Below are positions 41,304 to 52,023 of a stretch of 64,000 nucleotides of DNA, piece by piece. The notes beneath the pieces are model-generated. The model had not been told where the DNA came from and ran no database searches. It saw only the letters and a program-made list of their open reading frames with translations. The stretch is from IMG/VR virus record IMGVR_UViG_2936413993_000002, positions 1 to 64,000 of that record; one strand, written 5' to 3'. Source of the stretch: a virus (lineage: Duplodnaviria; Caudoviricetes). Numbering within the stretch: position 1 is the stretch's first letter; every line of letters begins with the position of its first letter. Made by a program: the position numbers and the translations under genes.

Positions 41304-42836
41304 CTAAGTAGGGGAGTTGTTCCCATCTATAGTTTTAGATTGAATAGTATTTTCATTTGTCGGATCTTCAACAACAGTTCTACCGCTATCATTATCACCG
41401 TTCATCGTATAACTAGATTGATAAGGCTTAATTTTCTTTTGTAGCTCAAGCTCCTCAGTCTCATACAAGGTTTGTTCAAGATAAGATTCCCATGAAACAC
41501 CAGCTAAATGATCAACTACATGCTTAATAGACCAACCTTTATCATTAAGTTTGATCAATACATCTAATTTTTCTTTTTGAGTTAATGGAGTTTCTTTGTC
41601 GTATTCCATTCTGTAATTATCCGATTGGGAAGAGGGGAGGATTATATTGAATAATTTTTGATATACTTCTTGTTCGATATCTTCAAGTAATACAGCCAGG
41701 CGCTTATAAATTGTATCTAAGTTCAATTTAGCAGTAGAGTAGTTACCGCTGTTCCCATTTAAAATAGCTCCTGAAATTCCGTATCCAGATTGTATATCAT
41801 TGTTGATATGTTCGAACTTATCGCCATCTAAACCGTCTGTTTTAACATCAGGGAATTCAAGGGAAGCAAAATCTGGAATAGTAACTACAGTAACTCCATT
41901 GGAGTTGTTTTTTTCAAGTGCTGCCTTAACACCACTATGAACTTTTTGTTTTACAGCCTTAGGTAATTTTAAGTTTGCATAATCTTGTAGTTTTTCGTTA
42001 GTTCCGATATGACCGACAGTTAGAACAGCAACAGCATTAATTATCTTATTGGCAATTGATCTTTCAACATCTTTTAATTTTTTCTTATGTAAAACATCGC
42101 TTAAACCTGGAGTGACCCATGAGGTTCCTAAACCTTGGTTTCTTTTTAAAGTACCTGTTCTTAGTACAAATGTTCTATCTTGAGGCAGTTCAAGATATTG
42201 TTTATTATTTGTATCAGCTAAATAGGCTTCGTAAAGCTTTTTTGTAACATAAGGACTTAGATTAGAAAATTGAATGTTTCTTTGGAATTCAGTCATAGTT
42301 GAGAACCAACTCATATCTATAACACAAACCCATTCTCCGTTTTTACGAGAAGCAGGAAAGATGTATTTCAAGTCGTCAAATACATAAGGGTAGGGTTTAT
42401 TTTTATCGCCTAGCCATATACCAACTAAAGTGCCTGCTGATGTGGTCTGTTTCATTAAGTCTCTTGTTAATCGTTTGTGTTTCACTTTATGTAGAGTCTT
42501 ATTAATTGTAGATATATGTTTCTCATTACCTTTTGAAGTATCGAATAACTCTAATCTATAATTTAGGGTTGGAAGAGATTCTATTAATTCATACATTTGA
42601 TGTATTTCTGCTGTAGAAATATAAAAGTATTGTGCTAAATCCTCAATTTCTTTTTGGTAAGTATCAGGATTAGAAAAATAGTTTTTAATTGTCTCCGCTT
42701 CAACTTCATTCACAATATCTTTTGAAAATAAGTTACTCACAAATCCATTAACATACGTAGCGATATAATCTTGATAATCATTTACCATGCGTTGATACTC
42801 TTCTGACTCCATATCTATTTTTACTGTTTCAACCAT
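41304..42836 (-). CDS. Portal protein (YonE-like)
   Basis: 510 aa, immediately after the large terminase. Confidence 0.75.
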   Translation of the reverse strand: MVETVKIDMESEEYQRMVNDYQDYIATYVNGFVSNLFSKDIVNEVEAETIKNYFSNPDTYQKEIEDLAQYFYISTAEIHQMYELIESLPTLNYRLELFDTSKGNEKHISTINKTLHKVKHKRLTRDLMKQTTSAGTLVGIWLGDKNKPYPYVFDDLKYIFPASRKNGEWVCVIDMSWFSTMTEFQRNIQFSNLSPYVTKKLYEAYLADTNNKQYLELPQDRTFVLRTGTLKRNQGLGTSWVTPGLSDVLHKKKLKDVERSIANKIINAVAVLTVGHIGTNEKLQDYANLKLPKAVKQKVHSGVKAALEKNNSNGVTVVTIPDFASLEFPDVKTDGLDGDKFEHINNDIQSGYGISGAILNGNSGNYSTAKLNLDTIYKRLAVLLEDIEQEVYQKLFNIILPSSQSDNYRMEYDKETPLTQKEKLDVLIKLNDKGWSIKHVVDHLAGVSWESYLEQTLYETEELELQKKIKPYQSSYTMNGDNDSGRTVVEDPTNENTIQSKTIDGNNSPT

Positions 42837-42867
42837 TCATACACCTCCAATTCGTAATTTAATTTTT

Positions 42868-44643
42868 TTAATAGTAAACTAGATCATCATCAATATCAAT
42901 TTCTTCATTCTTGTTTAATTTTCTTTCTAATAGAGTGGCAACATAATTACCGTATGAAACAGAAGAATACCTATCTTTACGTTTTGAATTAGGTTCTTTT
43001 AATTTAACTTGACCATTCGAGTCATTAAATTCAGCTTCTAAGTTAATCATTTCGTTTATAAGTAGAGTTATTTGAGAGTACGAAGATACAAATTTAGCTT
43101 TCATTTCCTCTGGTAAATTCTCAAAACCTCTTAATTTCTTTAAGTATTCTTTACCTTCCATTTCATTGACTGGCATTCTAATTTTCCCACGCTTTAAACT
43201 ATCTCTCATAACAAATGCTATCTCAGAGTTCAACGATGCGTTACCTTTAATACTATAGATAACTTTTTCAGCATTAGAGTACGTACATCTTTCCGCCATA
43301 TCATCATTATTAATACAATTCAAAGGTTCGTATTCTTTATTTCTATCTTTATCGTAGAGAGGTAAAATCAATTGGTCATACACACTTAAACCAATATTTT
43401 GTGTATCTAAGACAATGAAATCACAATCATAGTCATCGTATAATTGTCTAATACGGATAGCTTGATGTACTGTATTTTCTCCATTCAAGCTTTCCATGTA
43501 AACAATTTGTCTTTCATATCCTGATTTAATAGGTATTAATCTAAATACCGTATAAACACTCGAGTCATTCTCCTTACCAGCCATACCAGCAATATCACAA
43601 GTTACTAATCTTATTTCGTTTGATTTTTTATTATCATATTTAAATGACGTATCTTTAATTAAATCATAGTATTCTCTAGGATAAAGAGGAGAGGCTAATT
43701 TTCTGTTTTTCTCTAAATCTTCAAATTTAAAAAATGCTTTTTCAGATTCACCAAACCATAATGCTTCCATTTCCATGCTCCAGCCCACTGAGTCAAAATC
43801 ATCTTCAGACATCTCATCTCGAACTTGTTCTTCATCAAGAAGTCCTTCTTTGATTGCAAGCTGATAAGGGAGACCACAAACGAAATATTTCGCTCCGTTT
43901 GTCATAGCTTTATAGTATGTTAAGAACCTGTTATAAGACCAATGCACCTTGTACCAACATGAACTCAAATATATTTCCTTATTACGTTCTTTTAAATGGG
44001 CGTATTCTTCTTTTTCTAAATACTTAGGAGAACGTGGAGCAGTTAAAAACTTTCTAAGAACTTTACTAATAATTGTTAAATCAACCATTCTAAATTCATC
44101 TACTATTAGTAAATTTGCTCTTTTACTTCTTGCTCCATCATTAGATGCAACGATCTTAATCCAACTTCCATTATGAAACTCAACTCGAGCATCATTAGTA
44201 GAAGTTCTCAAATCGCTTATTTCTCTAGCCAGGTTAGGAGAAGTCTTCCTAAGATCGTCTATTTTTTCAATGACTTCTCTCGCTTGTCCTTTGGTTCCAG
44301 ATGCTATGACAATTTTTGTTTGAGGGAAGAGTATTGCTCGTACACAACAAAATATTGAAGTTAAAAACGTTTTTCCTTGCCCACGACTAGCTAGATACAT
44401 AAAGTAATGGTTATGCATCATCATATAAATCAATATACATTGAAACATTTTTAACGTAATACCAAGATACTCTTTAACAAATCGATGAGGATTACTTCTA
44501 TAAAAAGAAGCCCATATCCCTATGCCATCCATTAAGCGTTCTGATTTTGTTTTCTTTGTATTAAAATTTCTATCTTTTTGAAAGACGTTGATACCTTTAG
44601 AAGATTTATTACGGTTAACTTGGAAATTATTATAACTCGCCAT
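42868..44643 (-). CDS. Terminase large subunit (YonF-like)
   Basis: Walker A ASRGQGKT, Walker B LIVDE, nuclease 'CDIA..ND', 'KDRYSS'. Confidence 0.9.
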   Translation of the reverse strand: MASYNNFQVNRNKSSKGINVFQKDRNFNTKKTKSERLMDGIGIWASFYRSNPHRFVKEYLGITLKMFQCILIYMMMHNHYFMYLASRGQGKTFLTSIFCCVRAILFPQTKIVIASGTKGQAREVIEKIDDLRKTSPNLAREISDLRTSTNDARVEFHNGSWIKIVASNDGARSKRANLLIVDEFRMVDLTIISKVLRKFLTAPRSPKYLEKEEYAHLKERNKEIYLSSCWYKVHWSYNRFLTYYKAMTNGAKYFVCGLPYQLAIKEGLLDEEQVRDEMSEDDFDSVGWSMEMEALWFGESEKAFFKFEDLEKNRKLASPLYPREYYDLIKDTSFKYDNKKSNEIRLVTCDIAGMAGKENDSSVYTVFRLIPIKSGYERQIVYMESLNGENTVHQAIRIRQLYDDYDCDFIVLDTQNIGLSVYDQLILPLYDKDRNKEYEPLNCINNDDMAERCTYSNAEKVIYSIKGNASLNSEIAFVMRDSLKRGKIRMPVNEMEGKEYLKKLRGFENLPEEMKAKFVSSYSQITLLINEMINLEAEFNDSNGQVKLKEPNSKRKDRYSSVSYGNYVATLLERKLNKNEEIDIDDDLVYY

Positions 44644-45553
44644 TATCTAATTCCTCATCATCCATAACAGGCTCTTCAACGGTTAATTTATCAATCTCTT
44701 CCCAATATTCTTCCTCATACTCATTTTTTAACCCTAGCATTCTAGTTAAATGCCCTAAAAAGAATACTCTAATATACTTACTAACCTTATCAACATCTTT
44801 CCATTTCTCGTCGGGCTCTGGAATAGGTTTCTCATTTTCGTACTTCTTGATTAAAGTGCCAAATGTCTCTTGTTCAACTGCATTTGCTCCTGTTTCTTGG
44901 ACTGGCTTCAAATTACTTGATCCCAATAAATCTTGAAGCGTTTTTAATTGCTGATCAACTTTTTCACCGTTAGCTCTCCTATTTTTAATATCTAATTGTT
45001 GGAGGCATATTTCTTTAATAAGAAGTTCCATCCCTTTTGAATCACATTCATATCTATTCAAAAAGTCTTCGTACTCTTGTTGCAGCCATATGTATGATTC
45101 AACTTCAAACCCTTTTCCCCAAAAGTTAACTAGAAACCTTAATTCATCTTTATCTAGAGTAACAATTTCTTCTTCGATTTCTGAAAGTATATTTTCATTG
45201 TCTATAACTTCTTGTGCAGTTACCTTTTTATGTCCTTCAAATTCACTATCATTCCAATTGAAGGATTTATACTGACCCATTGATACGTTTTTCATATATA
45301 GAGACCAAACAGCTTTATTAGTTTTATTAGATTCTTCTAATGAGGAAAGAAATAGTTGGTCAATAAATGGTTTATCAATCATCCTCAAAGTATTAATTAA
45401 TGATTTTTTATCATTAATATTTTTTAATAAGCACACTTTACAAACATGCAATCGTCCTGTTCCTTGATGGAAAGGAGAGTGAGAAATATAATAATCTCCA
45501 ACTTTTTTTTCTTTAGTGCAACATGAGCAAACAATTTTTAATATTTCACTCAT
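44630..45553 (-). CDS. Putative terminase small subunit (YonG-like, N-terminal Cys cluster)
   Basis: Overlaps the terminase start; CSCC...CKVC. Confidence 0.6.
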   Translation of the reverse strand: MSEILKIVCSCCTKEKKVGDYYISHSPFHQGTGRLHVCKVCLLKNINDKKSLINTLRMIDKPFIDQLFLSSLEESNKTNKAVWSLYMKNVSMGQYKSFNWNDSEFEGHKKVTAQEVIDNENILSEIEEEIVTLDKDELRFLVNFWGKGFEVESYIWLQQEYEDFLNRYECDSKGMELLIKEICLQQLDIKNRRANGEKVDQQLKTLQDLLGSSNLKPVQETGANAVEQETFGTLIKKYENEKPIPEPDEKWKDVDKVSKYIRVFFLGHLTRMLGLKNEYEEEYWEEIDKLTVEEPVMDDEELDNGEL

Positions 45554-45769
45554 AGAAACTCAACTCCTTTCTAAAGTAATTCTGTTAATCCATTTCAAGA
45601 GAGCACTTGATGAGCAGTAAAAGGAGAGGGGAGGTGGAAGCGAACACCAAAAAAAATACTCACCAAATGTTCTCTGGGAATGGATTAAATTAAAAAGCCG
45701 AGAAGAAATTAATCTCCTCGACCTTGGGAATAAAGTATGTATAAGTCAAAATAAAACCTTGATTTTAAG

Positions 45770-46027
45770 CTAATCGTCTAAATCTTCTAAAAAGTCATTT
45801 TCAAACTGACAAACTTCTTCTAAATTAGATAGTGTTTGTCTAGCTGAAGTAATTAAGTATTGTTTTAATGACCAAAAAGAAACTTCTTCTGCAAATAATT
45901 CTAAGAACTCTTTCACTGAAACTCCTTTATTAAGGTTATAACTAATCATTTCAGTAAAATCTTCAACAATATCTTCTAATGTCTCAGAATTATCTGGTAT
46001 TAATACTAAATTTGGATAATCTTCCAT
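45770..46027 (-). CDS. Acidic hypothetical protein (start re-assigned to MEDYP)
   Basis: GGAGG RBS precedes the ATG at 46027. Confidence 0.55.
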   Translation of the reverse strand: MEDYPNLVLIPDNSETLEDIVEDFTEMISYNLNKGVSVKEFLELFAEEVSFWSLKQYLITSARQTLSNLEEVCQFENDFLEDLDD

Positions 46028-46100
46028 GTCATTACCTCCACGAATATAATAGGGAGGAAGCGGATGTGTAAACATCGTACCTTATGTAATTTATTTTTAA

Positions 46101-47339
46101 TTAAATATAATATATAGCATCAAGATTAGTAGGGGAATACTCAAATAATTGAAACCTTTTGTGAGCCCCTATGAATCCATTGGAGTCATGCCAATCATCG
46201 GTCTTACCTTTAGTACTCAATGTTCTAACTAGCACTCCAAACTTATCCTTAGCAGCTTCTGTATGCAGATGTCCACTGTGAATTTCAACGACATCTGCTA
46301 CTGCCATTTGTTTACCGAAATCAGATAAGAAGTTTTCATGAAGTCTGTTAGCACCTTTATGCCCATGTGTATAGCCAACAAAGATACCATTCCATTGAAA
46401 TGATTTTCTAACTTTCTTGGAAGTATCAAATTCAACATCAGGGAATTTAACTTCTAAACATTTTACAAAAGCCCAACTCATTGAATCATCATGATTAGCA
46501 ATAGAGTAACTACATTCAACTGTTCGTGAGTTATCTTGTGCTAGATTAATTAACTCACAATAGAATTTAAATGCATCCTCCCAAGCTTTATCCATATCCA
46601 CTTGTTCAATAGGAGTACCACTTGATGTTTTACCGTCAAATCCATTATTGTGCAGGAGATCTTGCCCAATTATAAAGAAAATCTTATCCCATTTCTTACT
46701 TGCAATCTTTGAGATAATACTTTCCTTCACAACTAAATAGTCGTCATATGTATTTACACCAAAGTGCATATCGAATAAAGGAATTTCTAATAATCCTGTA
46801 CCATCAGAAGTTTTCTCTTTAATATGTACAGGTATAATTTCCTTTTTAGCCTTTTCAAGAAATTTCTCATAATCAAATCCATTAACTCTCGGTTTAACAG
46901 TTATTTTACTAGAATATAAAGTTTGAACACCATCTTGCTTACTATGCACATTCCAAATATTATTCTTAGCATTGACTAATTCCCATGATTTCGTATCAAA
47001 TCCGTGAGCAGAGAGGAGATAATCAACATCTTTAGATTGTTCAGAAGTCATTCTTAGCAGTTTATCAGATTTATGAGAACCATTAGCCATAATTTCAGTA
47101 GTTTCTTTATAAGGAATTTCTTCATCAGAGGATAGCTGTTCAATTTCTCTAGCTTCCAACTCCAACTTCCACCCAGAAGCATACTTTCGAAGTGATTCAG
47201 CACTGTGTTGGAAGTTAAACATTTCCTTAACATCTAGCCAATCCATATTATGTAACTTGTTTAGCTTATCAATTGCTACACGTTTCAAATGATCGAAGTC
47301 TGTTTCACCTTGTAATCTATCAAAATTATATTCTGTCAT
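46101..47339 (-). CDS. Metallophosphoesterase-like protein (YonJ-like)
   Basis: DMHFG, GQDLLH, ANHD, THGH and GHLH calcineurin-like motifs. Confidence 0.75.
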   Translation of the reverse strand: MTEYNFDRLQGETDFDHLKRVAIDKLNKLHNMDWLDVKEMFNFQHSAESLRKYASGWKLELEAREIEQLSSDEEIPYKETTEIMANGSHKSDKLLRMTSEQSKDVDYLLSAHGFDTKSWELVNAKNNIWNVHSKQDGVQTLYSSKITVKPRVNGFDYEKFLEKAKKEIIPVHIKEKTSDGTGLLEIPLFDMHFGVNTYDDYLVVKESIISKIASKKWDKIFFIIGQDLLHNNGFDGKTSSGTPIEQVDMDKAWEDAFKFYCELINLAQDNSRTVECSYSIANHDDSMSWAFVKCLEVKFPDVEFDTSKKVRKSFQWNGIFVGYTHGHKGANRLHENFLSDFGKQMAVADVVEIHSGHLHTEAAKDKFGVLVRTLSTKGKTDDWHDSNGFIGAHKRFQLFEYSPTNLDAIYYI

Positions 47340-47342
47340 CTA

Positions 47343-47549
47343 TTAGACCTCCTCAACAACAGGGGCTTCATCTTCATATGAAACAGTAATAGAAACTTTT
47401 CTGCCATCAAATTGCTTCAGCATTTCCTTTAAATCATAGGTGAATTCTCCACCATCTTTTTCATCAATATTAACTACAGTAAAATCTTCAAAATTTAGAA
47501 TACCAACTCTATTACTTGTCTTAGTGTCTAGATTTTTCTTTTTTGCCAT
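47343..47549 (-). CDS. YonK-like small protein
   Basis: 'MAKKK...TYDLKEMLKQFDGRKVSITV' and synteny. Confidence 0.65.
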   Translation of the reverse strand: MAKKKNLDTKTSNRVGILNFEDFTVVNIDEKDGGEFTYDLKEMLKQFDGRKVSITVSYEDEAPVVEEV

Positions 47550-47699
47550 TTGTAATTCTCCTCCTTTTATATCCTTAAAACAAAATAAAGAGAGCCTTCG
47601 TCAATCGAGGGCTCTCATATTTAAATGATTAATGTTCTAATACTTTTATTAGTCACTGTTGTATTTAGGTGCTATTGTGCAGCGTAACTGTTAACTTGT

Positions 47700-48410
47700 T
47701 TATAATTTATTTACTGTATCTAAAACTTGATCAGCAAGTAAACTGAACGCTCCACGATAATTAGTTTCCAATTTATGATATGTAACATTGAATCCTTCAA
47801 AATGTTTCATATAAACTTCAAATGGTGTTAAACCACCGTATCTTTTAAGTTTTGTGTTATCAACCTGAAGTGTGGAACCAATCACTACTACCTTACAGGT
47901 AGAATCTACTCTTGTTAAAAGCGTTTGTAGTTCATGTAAATCAAAATTTTGACTCTCGTCAATTACTACATATGCATTCTTAAATGTTACACCTCTGCTG
48001 TAAGAACTAGACATGGCATAAACTTTCGGAATTCCTTCTTCGCCATTAGACCACTTTTCAAAAAGGGAAGGGTGGACATAATCCATCGCATCAATTAATG
48101 GTTGCATATAAGGCGATTCTTTAGCTTCTGTTGTTCCAGGTAAGAATCCTTGATCACGAACTGCAACAGTATTTCTTATGTAAATTAACTTATCATATGT
48201 TCCTATTTCAACTTCATAAATACCAGCTAAGACAGCTAATGTTGTTTTTCCTGTGCCTGCCGGACTATTACAAAAACATCCATGAACAATATCAACGGGA
48301 CTCCATAAACTTTGCATATAAGCATATTGATGTTTATCAGATAGAACGTTAAAACCTTTTTCAGCTAACCATTTCCAACGAATGTCACCATATTTGTTTC
48401 CCATTGACAA
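47700..48410 (-). CDS. phoH: PhoH-family ATPase
   Basis: PAGTGKT, GFLPG, RGVTF..AYVVIDESQN, LTRV, QVD. Confidence 0.9.
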   Translation of the reverse strand: MSMGNKYGDIRWKWLAEKGFNVLSDKHQYAYMQSLWSPVDIVHGCFCNSPAGTGKTTLAVLAGIYEVEIGTYDKLIYIRNTVAVRDQGFLPGTTEAKESPYMQPLIDAMDYVHPSLFEKWSNGEEGIPKVYAMSSSYSRGVTFKNAYVVIDESQNFDLHELQTLLTRVDSTCKVVVIGSTLQVDNTKLKRYGGLTPFEVYMKHFEGFNVTYHKLETNYRGAFSLLADQVLDTVNKL

Positions 48411-48572
48411 AACCCCTTATTTAATATTTTTATTACTTTCTTGCAGAGTAGGAGGGAGGTGAGGGGATGATAAATACCTACTCTTAATGTAATTTATTTT
48501 TATTTAATGAATGGTGCAAATACACAAGTTAAAAGAAAAATTTTATTATGTATCCATACTGATAAATAAGCT

Positions 48573-49409
48573 CTAATTGCTAACATTTCCTCTTTTATTT
48601 CTCATTAAAATTTTTTGATAATTTCTTCTATGCTCCTTATAGCATTTGTCACAATATTTCTGCCTGTTGCTTTTTGGTAAGATTTGTTCATTACAACCTA
48701 AACAAAATACTTTTTTATTTCTATTAATATCCTTTACATAATTCTGCATGTATCCAGTTAAACTCTTACAAAAATACTTAACAGCAAAATTATCATCGCT
48801 CCAACCATTAACATTAACCTTCATTTCCCATCCATGTTCTTTTTCGTATTCATGTGGGGGAGTGTAGTTATTAAATAATCTTTCAATATATGTGTTAATT
48901 AACTTTTTATATTCTTTCCATGTTAATTCAATTTTCTTTTCCTGATCAATCTTTTTTATTGTAGGAGCTTTATCTAATGCATAATCAATTTTATGTCTTA
49001 CCTCATTGTAATTAACTTCTTCTTTATTCTTTAATTTATTTACAACTATGTAATATAAGTTTCTAGGAGTCATAACCATTTCATAATATTGCTTTGATAA
49101 GTACACATTTTTATCAGTCAGGTATCCAAACATGTTATTAATGTGTACTCTTATGTAATCCGCAGCAGTTAGTTTCTTTTTATAAAAACTTTTACAAAAA
49201 TCCAACTCGATTATTCTATGTTTATTGAATAATTCGATTAAATCTTGCCTGTCATCTAATAGCTCATCATTAACATCATATGTATAAATCTTTTTATACG
49301 TACTATACCGACATTTACTTTTCCAAATTAAATCAATAAACTCATCAAGTAATTCTTTTTTTAATGTTTCATCGGCTTCTTGATAGTCTTCTAAAATATC
49401 ACTTAGCAA
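48573..49409 (-). CDS. Hypothetical protein with C-terminal zinc finger, coupled to the RNAP gene
   Basis: CLGC...YCDKC; starts within a few bases of the RNAP stop. Confidence 0.65.
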   Translation of the reverse strand: MLSDILEDYQEADETLKKELLDEFIDLIWKSKCRYSTYKKIYTYDVNDELLDDRQDLIELFNKHRIIELDFCKSFYKKKLTAADYIRVHINNMFGYLTDKNVYLSKQYYEMVMTPRNLYYIVVNKLKNKEEVNYNEVRHKIDYALDKAPTIKKIDQEKKIELTWKEYKKLINTYIERLFNNYTPPHEYEKEHGWEMKVNVNGWSDDNFAVKYFCKSLTGYMQNYVKDINRNKKVFCLGCNEQILPKSNRQKYCDKCYKEHRRNYQKILMRNKRGNVSN

Positions 49410-49413
49410 TATA

Positions 49414-51996
49414 TCACTCTCCTAAAACTTTCATAAATTTATAGTGTCTTCCTAGAAATTCATGAGAATTGACATCTTGCTTTGAAGTTTCTACAATTTT
49501 TAATTCTTTTCGCTCATCTGAATTATGTTTAAGATTAGATAACATAACATCACTAAACAATAGCCAACATAATGTTTTATCAGTGCTCATGGATCGGTAT
49601 GCCGTTTTAACACAATAATTAGCTAACAGATAGTCATCACCTATGATTTTATGTAATTTATTTTTATATAAATCGGCTATTGGTTTCATATCAATTTCTT
49701 CTTCAGTATCAAGTATTTCACGAAACTTCTCATCAAACTCAATTATAATTTTTCTTATTTTTTTCATTACCTTTTTGTCTTCTAGTTGTAATGAGTTATC
49801 TACTAAAAGATGACCATTATTAATTAAACTTCTATCCCAGTCAATCTTTCTTTTTTCCCATTGCTCAATGTATTCACATAACTCATTGAGTGGGGAGGGG
49901 GACTTAAATGCATTATATTCAACTCTTTCTATATAATTGTTCGACTTGTTGATTGCTTTTAAACGATTGTAAACATCTAATTTTTTAGGATAGTTATGTA
50001 ATAAAAAATATGGCAGTTTCTTTAAGTACTTTCTTAAATTCTTAGTTATTATCCATCTAAATCCTGTTTTTAGAAAATCAATTTCTTTTCCCTGGTATAA
50101 ACGTAACAAGGAAACATTATCAGCATTTACTTTTTTCCATTTTTCATTCTCGGTATAGTGATTAAGAATAGATGTAGCAATATTAGTAATCTCTCCAATT
50201 CTACTATCACGACTGTTACATTCATATTTCACAATCTCATCCATACAGTATTCTACTGGCTCAGTAGTTACTTTATCATCCATATCAACAACAATAGGAG
50301 TATTAATTTTGGAATTTATTAAAATAGGTTCTACGCTGAGAAAAACACTATCACCATCCATATCCATTCCACCTTGTTGTTGCTGAGTTAAATCGTACAT
50401 GTTTATCATGCAAATATCATGATTTTTCAAGTGTTGCAGATATTCATCAGTAAAATCATTTGTTGTTAATTTAATTTTATTAACTTCTGATGGATCGACC
50501 AAAGGACTTCTGAAAGAGACGGCATCTCCAATAGGGAAGGAATGTGTGAAAAATTCACTTTCATGTAAACAACCTGTAATATTCAATCCCGCAGCATATT
50601 CTAAATAGCCTTTTATATCACCGACAACAGTATGATAAAAACCTTTAGCAAAAATCTTACCGTATTTCATTTGAGTAATTGTTTTGTCTAATTTACGTTT
50701 AAGCATTTTTTTAATACTTGGGTCTTTTAACATTGAGTCATTAGTTAAGATTGCTTGAATATATTTACTTTCTAAATCACTTTCAAGCGTATTGTTTATA
50801 CCCAAAAACTTTAAGGAATATAATTTATCACCTTTGATTATTTTCTCCAGTAAATCAGTAGAGTAAGTAGCTAAATCAACTATCTTACCATTGTTATCTT
50901 TATCTAAAATGTCATATTTATCATGGTTCTTATATTGATCTATGTATTTTGTGTTCCACAAATCTAAACATTGAAGATACTGAAAGTTGAGCTTGGAGTA
51001 TAAATTAATCTCATCTAAATGATGACTGTACTTACTAATACCTATTTTATATCCATATTTATTAACTCTTTTTAGATACTCATTCCATCCTTCGCTTCCG
51101 AATTCTTTTTTGAATATGCCAGCGCCTTTCCACATTGATGTATTCCAAATACAATCAATTTTATCAATATCATGCCACTTACCAAATACATCTTTTATCT
51201 TTGTAATAGGCGTATCTAAACTAGCGTAGTATTTTTTAAAATCCGTCTCGATTGTTACACCTTTCATAAAGGGTAAGCGAATTTGAAATAGAACAGAATC
51301 GTGTGTACTAGCAGTATATTTAGAGAATAGTTTACTGATTTCTTTTGTATGTACTCCAAAACCATCGAAAGGTAATATTTCTATATCAGTTGTACTTTCC
51401 TCAATAAATTTCTGATTTTTTGCAATTACTTTCTTATGAGTTTGCGGATTAGTATATTCCACATCTTTTTGTACAGCATATCTAACATGCTGATCATGTA
51501 TCATTTTACTATATTCATCAACTATAACTATGTAAGGTAATTCTTCATCAACCATTTGACAAGAGCTTAAAATTAAGTTTCGGTAGCTTTCATATTTGGA
51601 AATGACACATTTTTCAACTTTAACTCCTAGTTGACTACGTTCCATCATTTCTTCATATACGTCATTATCAATGAAAACTGTAACACCGTCTTTTGCTTGA
51701 GAAGAACTTTTCCCGTATCTCACAAACAATTTACCATTATAGTAAAAACCTTCTTTAAGTAGTTTTTCTAACAGAGGTCTGCGTTTTTTATTATGTTTAG
51801 CTTCAACGAATACAAGCTCATCGATTCTTTTTGTTTCTTTACCCCTAATCAAAGATAATTGTCTGAATAGGGGAGTATCCTGCTGTTGTATTATGTATTG
51901 TTTTTCATCTTCTTCAGTGATAGAAAAATTATAATCTGATTTGATGATTTGTTGAATTTTTATCTTTGGTAGTTCGAACATTTTAATTTTGTTCAT
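49414..51996 (-). CDS. yonO: YonO-type single-subunit DNA-dependent RNA polymerase
   Basis: Catalytic GGMDMDGD (DxDGD), 'FDGFG', 'QIRLPFMKG', 'FRSP'; upstream of the late genes as in SPbeta. Confidence 0.9.
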   Translation of the reverse strand: MNKIKMFELPKIKIQQIIKSDYNFSITEEDEKQYIIQQQDTPLFRQLSLIRGKETKRIDELVFVEAKHNKKRRPLLEKLLKEGFYYNGKLFVRYGKSSSQAKDGVTVFIDNDVYEEMMERSQLGVKVEKCVISKYESYRNLILSSCQMVDEELPYIVIVDEYSKMIHDQHVRYAVQKDVEYTNPQTHKKVIAKNQKFIEESTTDIEILPFDGFGVHTKEISKLFSKYTASTHDSVLFQIRLPFMKGVTIETDFKKYYASLDTPITKIKDVFGKWHDIDKIDCIWNTSMWKGAGIFKKEFGSEGWNEYLKRVNKYGYKIGISKYSHHLDEINLYSKLNFQYLQCLDLWNTKYIDQYKNHDKYDILDKDNNGKIVDLATYSTDLLEKIIKGDKLYSLKFLGINNTLESDLESKYIQAILTNDSMLKDPSIKKMLKRKLDKTITQMKYGKIFAKGFYHTVVGDIKGYLEYAAGLNITGCLHESEFFTHSFPIGDAVSFRSPLVDPSEVNKIKLTTNDFTDEYLQHLKNHDICMINMYDLTQQQQGGMDMDGDSVFLSVEPILINSKINTPIVVDMDDKVTTEPVEYCMDEIVKYECNSRDSRIGEITNIATSILNHYTENEKWKKVNADNVSLLRLYQGKEIDFLKTGFRWIITKNLRKYLKKLPYFLLHNYPKKLDVYNRLKAINKSNNYIERVEYNAFKSPSPLNELCEYIEQWEKRKIDWDRSLINNGHLLVDNSLQLEDKKVMKKIRKIIIEFDEKFREILDTEEEIDMKPIADLYKNKLHKIIGDDYLLANYCVKTAYRSMSTDKTLCWLLFSDVMLSNLKHNSDERKELKIVETSKQDVNSHEFLGRHYKFMKVLGE

Positions 51997-52023
51997 TTAA
52001 TTCCTCCGAATTCTATTTTTTTA

